Virus record (IMG/VR): IMGVR_UViG_3300036770_004723
Span: 186,001 to 250,000 of that record
Length of the DNA: 64,000 bases
Direction: 5' to 3' (one strand)
The position numbers and the translations under genes are program-made. The notes beneath the pieces were generated by a model. It was not told the origin of the DNA. It saw only the letters and a program-made list of their open reading frames with translations, and made no database searches. Below are positions 1-7,554 of the stretch, in pieces. The stretch's first letter is position 1. Every line of letters begins with the position of its first letter.

Positions 1-17
1 CAGATGAATGTTTTGAC

Positions 18-500
18 TTGCTTTCAGACTTAAGACTGGCACGAAATGTCTTAGCTGTCGAAGGTGCTTTTAAAGATACTGTTGTGCAGGCGTGGATAAA
101 AAAATTTGAGATTGAGCCTCAACTAATAAATGTAACTCGTGTGGCAACAAAACAGAGTTTACTGCAAGCATCAAAAGAAAGAAATGTAAAAGCGAAAAAA
201 GCATTTAATGATTTGATGGATAAAGCAAAAGCAGTATCACAAGATCTAAAAAAGCAAAACTTAAAGAAGCTTAGTAAAGCAGTTATGACGTTCTCAGAAT
301 TGCTTGACTCTGAGCGTACATATTTGAGTAAGAGAGAGATTGAAAAATATGAAACACTAATAAAGTTGTTAAACATTGAAATCTCCTTAAACTCTGAAAA
401 CCTAGATGTTCAAGAGCGATCAGATTTACTCAAACAAAAGAGTTTAGTATTAGTGCGCTTTAGCAAACTTGACGGCATAAACCCATTTACTTTAATATAA
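18..500 (+). CDS. Hypothetical helical protein, probably 5'-truncated by the window edge
   Basis: Frame is open upstream to position 3; coiled-coil-like composition. Confidence 0.6.
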   Translation: MLSDLRLARNVLAVEGAFKDTVVQAWIKKFEIEPQLINVTRVATKQSLLQASKERNVKAKKAFNDLMDKAKAVSQDLKKQNLKKLSKAVMTFSELLDSERTYLSKREIEKYETLIKLLNIEISLNSENLDVQERSDLLKQKSLVLVRFSKLDGINPFTLI

Positions 501-503
501 GGC

Positions 504-893
504 ATGAAAATGAAAATTAAGGTTAGATTAATCTCTACTTCGGCATCTAATAGTAAAACTCCAGAAATTAAATCAAAAATATCTGAATTGGCTTCTTTGC
601 TTTTTGAGTCAAAAAATAAAATAATTAAAGAACTTAAAGTAACCAAGCCTTTAGTTAAATCTGTTGAATCACTAGGTTACGCTGTTCGATTGGCGCGTAA
701 GTCTCACGTAGCGCAGAATAAATTAGATGATCTTGCTTCTTTGCTTGGTGTTAATCCAGCACATTTAACATCTGCTGTAGATAAAACAGGTTATTGTCTT
801 CATTTCAGTTCAGGTGCTGCAACTAAAGCCATAGCTTCTTTAAAAAGAATGGCTAAGGCAGAATCTGTGGAGAGTTCTTCTAAAAAAGCCTAA
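504..893 (+). CDS. Basic putative internal head protein with SxS leader
   Basis: N-terminus MKMKIKVRLISTSAS; Lys-rich. Confidence 0.6.
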   Translation: MKMKIKVRLISTSASNSKTPEIKSKISELASLLFESKNKIIKELKVTKPLVKSVESLGYAVRLARKSHVAQNKLDDLASLLGVNPAHLTSAVDKTGYCLHFSSGAATKAIASLKRMAKAESVESSSKKA

Positions 894-1114
894 TAGAGAG
901 TAACCTAAGAAAAGAATAAGATCTTTTAGATAAAGGACTTGAAATTGCGGCCAAATGAATTTGCTTTTGCTGATCGGGTAGAAACTTGTTGTTAAAAATT
1001 CTAAAACTCACGATGTAAAAAGCTTTAATTACTCCGGCAAAAACTATTACATATAACATCACAGAATCTGCGACTGCTCTCCCATTTAAACGACGTTAGT
1101 ATTAAGGAAGCACA

Positions 1115-1669
1115 ATGAAAATTTTCGTATCGCAATCAGCTGAAGTTACACAGCAAACTTTAAAACGTAAGATGAAAATCGGCGCTAAAGTACAATTACT
1201 TATGGTCGCTTCTCCTTCAGAAATAGGAACTTTAGGTCGAGGCAAAGCATCTGTAACAATAGCACATAATTATGTTGTTACAGATATTCAAACAACTAAA
1301 TCAGGTGACATTAAAAACTGTACACTTACAGTAAAAGGACCTAAGCCTTCACCGACATTAGGTTTAAAATCTGTTGAAGTACTAACCGCAACTACATTGG
1401 CTAAGTTGATGTCAACTAAACTTAATAAAGATTCAAAAGTTGGAACTAAATCTTTAAAGTTTGTCACGGTAAAATCTAAAGACACTGCTATGGGTAACGC
1501 TAAAGATTCCAAGTTAGCTCAACTTAAAGATAAAGTTAAAGAACTTGAATCTGCATATAAAAAGGCGATATCAGATTACCATAAAGCAGAAACTGCTGTT
1601 GATAAGGCAGATAATGCACTTGATAAAGCGAAACGTGCTTTAGATCTTTATATGAGTAAAACGCTGTAG
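1115..1669 (+). CDS. Basic putative internal head protein (SxS leader), paralog of 2033..2866
   Basis: SD AAGGA; MKIFVSQSAE; C-terminal coiled coil. Confidence 0.65.
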   Translation: MKIFVSQSAEVTQQTLKRKMKIGAKVQLLMVASPSEIGTLGRGKASVTIAHNYVVTDIQTTKSGDIKNCTLTVKGPKPSPTLGLKSVEVLTATTLAKLMSTKLNKDSKVGTKSLKFVTVKSKDTAMGNAKDSKLAQLKDKVKELESAYKKAISDYHKAETAVDKADNALDKAKRALDLYMSKTL

Positions 1670-2032
1670 GTGGTTTACTTCCCACTAAAGTTAAATTAAC
1701 TGACTCTATAAAGATCTCTGATCTTGATAAGGAATTCGAGTTTGTTGAGTTTAAAGCTTAATTGAAAACATGTGATTGCTGCAATTTAGATTCAGCAATT
1801 TTCTACATGTGACCATTTTATTTAAAAGAATTATCCACAAGGTAGGAGGTGATCCATATCTCGTGGTAACTACGCCACGTAAAAGATTGTAGTAGAGCAA
1901 TGGCTCGACTGCATAGCGCAGACAACTTCTTTCTATTAGAGGATTTGCCGTGAAAAACAATGTCAGTGGCGATGTAAGTAATTAAACGAGTGTGTGCGGT
2001 GTAAAAGCCGCACCTTTATAAAAGGGAAAACC
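1670..2032 (+). ncRNA. Candidate structured non-coding RNA or leader
   Basis: About 360-nt gap with hairpins ATTGCTG/CAGCAAT, CGTGG/CCACG, GTGCGG/CCGCAC, and AGGAGGTGATCC at 1844-1855. Confidence 0.3.
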
Positions 2033-2866
2033 ATGAAAGTCTTTATATCACATTCGGCAGAATTTTCTACTGCTATTAAAAAGAAATTGGTTGTAGGTAA
2101 TACTTTTATTCTTAATACCTTAATCCTAGAAAAACCTGAACCTAAGCGACCTTCAGTTGGATTTATTACTTCTGAAATTCGTGCAGAGTACGCTAAGAAA
2201 CCTGCGGTTGTTAAAATTGAAAAAACTGAATATTTTATTGCTGAAGTTGAAGAAACTAGAACAGGCACACTCAAAAGTATTACCGCTAACAGAGTCAGAG
2301 GTACAAAATCTTTTACTTCAATGCGTTCAGGTTATAATCCGCCTGCTGTTTTAAAGTTAAGTGCTGCCAAATTGGTTAAACTTCTTGATACCAGAATCAC
2401 AAAAACTGATTCAAAAGGTACGCAAAGCATTACACTTAAATCAGTGACAGGATCGAAATCTGAAAAACTTGCACCTTCTTCGGTTGACTCTAAAATAGCA
2501 AAACTTCGATCTCAAATTCAAGATCTGACAAATCAATTAAATGCCCTTGATAAAATTAAGAGTGCTGAACGGGCTAAGATCGAAGCAGAATCTAATAAAC
2601 GTGCTTTAGATAAATTGAAGGCCGACGGTTACACTTACATTCAAGAAATTGCAGGTAAACGTGTTAAGAAACGTACTTTAGTGGAAGCAAGAAACGTTAA
2701 TCCAGGTATAGGTAAATCTGCGGCTATTTATGCAGTTAAAGACGGTAAAGAGCAAAAAATACTAGTGTGGTCAGCAAAAGATCCGATAACAAAACGTATC
2801 TTTAAGGGCTATATGTGGTGGTTTACCACTAACACTGCTGAGAAAAAATTTAGCGCTGCTGTATAA
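2033..2866 (+). CDS. Basic putative internal head protein (SxS leader), paralog of 1115..1669
   Basis: Start moved to ATG 2033 after AAGGG; MKVFISHSAE. Confidence 0.65.
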   Translation: MKVFISHSAEFSTAIKKKLVVGNTFILNTLILEKPEPKRPSVGFITSEIRAEYAKKPAVVKIEKTEYFIAEVEETRTGTLKSITANRVRGTKSFTSMRSGYNPPAVLKLSAAKLVKLLDTRITKTDSKGTQSITLKSVTGSKSEKLAPSSVDSKIAKLRSQIQDLTNQLNALDKIKSAERAKIEAESNKRALDKLKADGYTYIQEIAGKRVKKRTLVEARNVNPGIGKSAAIYAVKDGKEQKILVWSAKDPITKRIFKGYMWWFTTNTAEKKFSAAV

Positions 2867-2880
2867 TTAATTTCCAGATT

Positions 2881-2917
2881 TGGGTGCTGTATAAAAGCTG
2901 TACCCATTTATTTTCTT
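2881..2917 (+). terminator. Possible intrinsic terminator
   Basis: TGGGT...ACCCA imperfect stem followed by a T-rich tract. Confidence 0.35.
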
Positions 2918-2932
2918 TATATAAGGGCACTT

Positions 2933-3277
2933 ATGAAGAAGCTTACCATTACATTAGTTTCTACATCAAAATCCGTTAATAGTATCCAACGTAATGGTAA
3001 GCATATTGAATATAATGGATTATTGTTTCCTGATTTTGATAAGCCTATTGAAATAAATGACAAACGATACAAACGTGCAGTGCTTGCACGTAAAGGCAAT
3101 GAATTCAAATTAATTCGTTATGGCCATGTTGATTACGAAGATTTTACTACACATAAAGATCCTGAACGTAGAGATCGTTTCAGGAAGAGGTTCCGTGGTA
3201 TATTAAAATCAGACGGTAAGCCAGCATACAAAGATAAGTGGCAAGCTGCTTATTGGGCGTATAACGATCTTTGGTAA
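2933..3277 (+). CDS. Small basic viral protein (DUF5754-like) with SxS leader
   Basis: KLIRYGHVDYEDFTTHKDPERRDRFRKRF...AAYWAYNDLW pattern; leader MKKLTITLVSTS. Confidence 0.55.
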   Translation: MKKLTITLVSTSKSVNSIQRNGKHIEYNGLLFPDFDKPIEINDKRYKRAVLARKGNEFKLIRYGHVDYEDFTTHKDPERRDRFRKRFRGILKSDGKPAYKDKWQAAYWAYNDLW

Positions 3278-3294
3278 ATGTTTAAGGAAAATCT

Positions 3295-3915
3295 ATGAAA
3301 ATCACACTGGTCTCAACAAGCAAATCTAGTTTAGTAAGTGAATCAGCTAAAAAACCTAGTCTTACAAGTTGGTTTGATAAACTTTCAAAAGAAGCTCAAG
3401 AAGAATATTTGGAAGAGCATCCAAATAGTATTTATGCTAAGCATTCACTGCGTAAGGCAAATCACAAAGCGCGTAAATCCCGTACAGGATCTATGGCGGA
3501 AAATTTAGATCCAAGATTTGCAGAAGCCTCTAAGGGTTTAGATCCTAACTTGCTAAAAGAAGTTTCGAAATTAGATGAAGATCTACAACAAGCTTTCACA
3601 GAACATTTTTCTGGCTATATAGATGAACTTATGCTGGATTTTGATAGTGAACAGACTGATGACGCTTTAAAGGGACGTAAAGCTCGCGCTATAAAAGCTA
3701 AAAAAGAAGCAGACTCTAGCACAGATCCTAGATCTAAAAAGAAAGCTACGCAAGAGTTTAAGAGAGCCTTTGCTGATTATAAAGAATTAAAACTAGCACA
3801 ACAAAAAGCACAGGATATTATGAAAACTCCTGGTAAGCTTGAAAAATTTAAAAATGAATTAGGTAGAAAACTTTTAAGTAAAATGAGCAAAGTACAAGCG
3901 AATACTAGCGTGTAA
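3295..3915 (+). CDS. Putative internal head protein (double SxS leader, HPxSxYAK module)
   Basis: MKITLVSTSKSSLVSESA; WFDKLSKEAQEEYLEEHPNSIYAK. Confidence 0.6.
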   Translation: MKITLVSTSKSSLVSESAKKPSLTSWFDKLSKEAQEEYLEEHPNSIYAKHSLRKANHKARKSRTGSMAENLDPRFAEASKGLDPNLLKEVSKLDEDLQQAFTEHFSGYIDELMLDFDSEQTDDALKGRKARAIKAKKEADSSTDPRSKKKATQEFKRAFADYKELKLAQQKAQDIMKTPGKLEKFKNELGRKLLSKMSKVQANTSV

Positions 3916-3954
3916 TGCTTGTGAAAAATAAAAATTTATTAGGAAACATCAAAA

Positions 3955-5313
3955 ATGATTATTAGTATATCATCAAGAACTTCAGGTAAAGAAGTAAAAC
4001 CAGTTAAGATTCCAAAGAGTATTGCTTTCGCTGCTGAAAAAACAAAGTCTCGTATTGTTAAAGCAGTACCAGGCCGTTATATTCTTAAAAATCGCAAAGG
4101 TATGTTTGTTGTAGTAAGATTCAAAGACGAAACACGTTATACCGCAAGTGTTGGTACAAAACTTTTTTCTGCATCAAGCACTGAATCTGATGTAGAAGAT
4201 TATTTTGTTGTTGAATCTGAATCTAATCAGCCTGGTGCTCGTAATTCAGCGGCAGGAAATAAGTTGGGTAAGAAAAATCATGCTAAAGGCATGTTGGCAG
4301 CTGGTTGGTGGTTATTTGTAAAACGTGCAGATGGTAAAATGCAAAAGGCATATATAGGTGGTCGTATTAGTGGCCGTCGCCTATTAGGTTTATTAGATCC
4401 TTCAACAGTTAAAACTGAAGAACCGAAGAAACCTATCAAACCAAAAGCAAAAGCAGGTAAATTTAAAGTTGTTAAATTGAACGGTAGAAATTTATACGAC
4501 CTGAAGATAAAAGGTAAGAGTGCTGCTACTCTCAGTGCAACTCAAAAAGTTTCAAACATCAAATCTATGAAAAAATTAGGTCTTGATGATAAAGAGATTC
4601 AAGAAATTTTATCTCAACTTAAAACGGAACCACCTAAAACAGTGAAAGATTCATTAAAAGAACGTAAAGAAGAATCGAAGAGGAATGCAGACTCGCCACT
4701 GAAACAGAGAGTTAGACAACTTAATAAAGAACAGATGGCGCGTGACAAAGCTAATGAGAATTTCAGCAACAAAAAAGCACCAGAATTAAAGAACTACGGT
4801 ACGGATATGCGTACATTAGTAGATGCCATAGTAGTAGCAAGCGCTTCAAAAGATCCAAAAACACTCACTAAATATGTGAAAGAAATTGCTGCGAAAGCGC
4901 ATGAAGCTTGGGCTGCCCAATTTAGAAAAGATAATCCTGATCAAAAATCCCGCGTTAAAGCTACGAAAGATGCTGATTGGATTAAAGCAAATGGATCAGA
5001 TAAAGTTGACATTTTAAATACTAAATTTGATGACTTACCTTCTGACTGGCAAGCTGAAAATTTAAAAGGGGGTACAGCGTCACTTGCTGCTTTCATGAAA
5101 GCAGGTAAAGTGATCTCAAAAGATCCAAAAGCAGATATTTCAATACCTTTGGAAAAAGCTTCTGATGAAGTACATAAGAAGTGGCTGGAACGTAATGGAG
5201 CATGGGCGCAAGAAGATCAAAAAGTTTCATACGCTAAACTAAGTGAAACTGAGAAACAAAAAGATCGAGACTTCATTGCCAATACTATTAAAGTATTGTC
5301 GAAATACCGTTAA
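3955..5313 (+). CDS. Modular putative head protein with C-terminal tandem RyR-like domain
   Basis: N-terminal ~150 aa paralogous to 5820..7451; AHEAW...DDLPSDWQ and VHKKWLERNG..W..VSYAKLSETEKQKDR repeats. Confidence 0.6.
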   Translation: MIISISSRTSGKEVKPVKIPKSIAFAAEKTKSRIVKAVPGRYILKNRKGMFVVVRFKDETRYTASVGTKLFSASSTESDVEDYFVVESESNQPGARNSAAGNKLGKKNHAKGMLAAGWWLFVKRADGKMQKAYIGGRISGRRLLGLLDPSTVKTEEPKKPIKPKAKAGKFKVVKLNGRNLYDLKIKGKSAATLSATQKVSNIKSMKKLGLDDKEIQEILSQLKTEPPKTVKDSLKERKEESKRNADSPLKQRVRQLNKEQMARDKANENFSNKKAPELKNYGTDMRTLVDAIVVASASKDPKTLTKYVKEIAAKAHEAWAAQFRKDNPDQKSRVKATKDADWIKANGSDKVDILNTKFDDLPSDWQAENLKGGTASLAAFMKAGKVISKDPKADISIPLEKASDEVHKKWLERNGAWAQEDQKVSYAKLSETEKQKDRDFIANTIKVLSKYR

Positions 5314-5331
5314 ATTTTATAGGATACTTTC

Positions 5332-5715
5332 ATGAAAATCAAACTGTTCATAAGTGAATCTAATTGGTTTTCGGATCTAACTGAGAAAGCAAAAAAGCTT
5401 TATATAAAGGAACACCCTGAGAGTAAATATGCAAAACAATTAAGTGAACCTTCAGCTGCTAAACAAAGTGTACGTAAGATGGAAGTATACTTTATTAAAG
5501 ATGTAGACAGATTTGTTCAAATTGTGCGTATTGATCCTAAACTACTTTTTAAACACTTCTTTATGAAGCCATCGCCTCCTTATGATATGGAGTTGCATGA
5601 AGTAGTTAATGGTGTCACAAAAGGTAAAACTTTAGATCTTCCTAGATCCGCTTTAGATGCTGCACACAAAGAAAATTTAATAGGCACACGAGTTATGCTT
5701 GTTGAATTTAAATAA
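5332..5715 (+). CDS. Putative internal head protein (SxS leader, HPxSxYAK module)
   Basis: MKIKLFISESNWFSDLTEKAKKLYIKEHPESKYAK. Confidence 0.6.
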   Translation: MKIKLFISESNWFSDLTEKAKKLYIKEHPESKYAKQLSEPSAAKQSVRKMEVYFIKDVDRFVQIVRIDPKLLFKHFFMKPSPPYDMELHEVVNGVTKGKTLDLPRSALDAAHKENLIGTRVMLVEFK

Positions 5716-5717
5716 AG

Positions 5718-5743
5718 AAAAGCCGCTTAATTGCGGCTTTTTT
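5718..5743 (+). terminator. Intrinsic terminator
   Basis: AAAAGCCGC-TTAATT-GCGGCTTTTTT. Confidence 0.85.
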
Positions 5744-5819
5744 GCTATCTACATGCTGAAAAGTATAATTTAAGTATGTAAGTTTATCTTACTATTTAAG
5801 CGCTTAAAAGGAACCTGTC

Positions 5820-7451
5820 ATGACTAAACCTGCTAATTCTGTTAAGCCTGTACGTGAAGGGCAGAAACAGAAAGATAAGAAGCCTGTGGTCATTCCAAAA
5901 AGTATTAAGTTTGCAGCTGAAAAAACTAAGAGTCGCATTTCATTTGCGATTCCTGGTCGCTACATTCTTCAAAACCGTAAAGGAATGTTCGCAATTGTTC
6001 GAATCAGTGAAGACACTAAAATGTCTCCGTCAATCGTCACCAAAGTATTCAAAGCAACTGCCAGTGACATTGATCTGACTGAAGATCAGATCTTTGCACT
6101 TGAGCCTGTTGAGTTAGATTCCTTATCAGAATCTAATCAACCTGGACCTAAAAATTCAAGTGTTGGCAATAAACTAGGTAAGAAAACACGGGCACCTAAT
6201 GTACTAGCTAAAGGCTGGTGGATGTTCCGTAAAGGCAAAGATGGTAAAACAGCTAAAGCCTATATCGGTGGTCGTATTAGTGGTCGTCGTTTACTTGCTT
6301 TGTTAGATCCAGCTCAAGCACCAAAACCTAAAACAGAAGTTGTTGATCAAATTGGTAAGAAACCAGTTGTCGATACAAAAAAGATTGCTGAACTCACTAA
6401 AATCTACAAAAAACTTGGTGAGGGTATTAAACAAGCTAAAGAACGTTTAACTACTTTAAAGCGCGCTACTTCTAAAATCAGTTTAAAAGCAAAGATTAAA
6501 GAAGCGATGGAAAAACGTAAAGAAATCGCGGATCAAATCAAAGCATTAAAGTCTGGTGTTAAAGTAGAAGCGAAACCTGCGGAAACAAAACCTAAAGTTG
6601 ACGCAAAACCTAAGGCTACACAGGTTAAAACAAAAGCAGATATATCTGCACTGTCCCCTAGCCAACAAGTTTCATTTAAAAAGTTAAAAACACAAGGCAC
6701 AGAACTAGTTAAAAAGATTAAAGAATTTCAGACAAAGATGGAATCTCTTAAATCAAAACCAGCTAAAGCAAAAGTTCAATCAGCTATTGATGAATTGATG
6801 AAGTTAAAGAACGCTATTGCTAAAAAACTTCAAATGTATTTAAAGAAAGCACGAGATAAAAATACTGAACCTAAAGAAGCAGCCGTTGTTAAAAAGCCAG
6901 AGCCTGCTAAAGCTGAACCTAAAGCTGTTAAGGTTAAACCAAAGGCACCTGCAAAAAAACCTGAACCTATGAGTCAGGAAAAGAAAGAAGCCAAGGCCGA
7001 AGTAAAAGATCGAGAGAGCAAAATTGATGTTCTCGTTGAGAAACATGATAGTCTTAAAGAAAAAATCGAAAAGATTAAAGACCCAAGACAGAAGGCGAAA
7101 CTTCAATCTGCAATTGATGCCATCAACAAACGGATTGAAATCAACGCCGCTAAAAAGTCTGGAGCCAATAGTCGTTTAAAATCTACAAGTGCTGAAGATA
7201 TTTATTTCCAAACTTATAGTGGTGCCGTTCAACATGCTGTGGATACCGCTACAAAAAAGGGTTACGGCTACGATCAAGATGATTATGACCGTATCGTAGC
7301 CAACAATAGTAAAAAACCTTCAGCAGGTAAAACAACTAAATTTATATTGCCTTTAATAAAAGAAGGTAAAAGGTCAGGGCTAACAGTGGCAGTTTACTGC
7401 ACTGACGCAAATACCCCAAAACCTTATGAACTCACTTACTATATACATTAA
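5820..7451 (+). CDS. Lys-rich modular putative head protein
   Basis: Shares N-terminal domains with 3955..5313; coiled-coil and K/P/A-rich linker; separate C-terminal domain ending YELTYYIH. Confidence 0.65.
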   Translation: MTKPANSVKPVREGQKQKDKKPVVIPKSIKFAAEKTKSRISFAIPGRYILQNRKGMFAIVRISEDTKMSPSIVTKVFKATASDIDLTEDQIFALEPVELDSLSESNQPGPKNSSVGNKLGKKTRAPNVLAKGWWMFRKGKDGKTAKAYIGGRISGRRLLALLDPAQAPKPKTEVVDQIGKKPVVDTKKIAELTKIYKKLGEGIKQAKERLTTLKRATSKISLKAKIKEAMEKRKEIADQIKALKSGVKVEAKPAETKPKVDAKPKATQVKTKADISALSPSQQVSFKKLKTQGTELVKKIKEFQTKMESLKSKPAKAKVQSAIDELMKLKNAIAKKLQMYLKKARDKNTEPKEAAVVKKPEPAKAEPKAVKVKPKAPAKKPEPMSQEKKEAKAEVKDRESKIDVLVEKHDSLKEKIEKIKDPRQKAKLQSAIDAINKRIEINAAKKSGANSRLKSTSAEDIYFQTYSGAVQHAVDTATKKGYGYDQDDYDRIVANNSKKPSAGKTTKFILPLIKEGKRSGLTVAVYCTDANTPKPYELTYYIH

Positions 7452-7554
7452 ATATTTGGTGAATTTATACTTTATTTAGTTGTATACCTTAATTTAATAA
7501 TATACGGATAATCGGTCTGTATAACATTAACCCTTAGTTCAGGAGTGTTCAAAG

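Noticed and set aside
894-1114. 220-bp gap considered as tmRNA, tRNA or pseudogene
   Set aside because: No tRNA-like ends, convincing tag peptide or stable stems found; left unassigned
1831-1839. Perfect DnaA box TTATCCACA
   Set aside because: Single copy; roughly one is expected by chance in 64 kb of AT-rich DNA; no cluster
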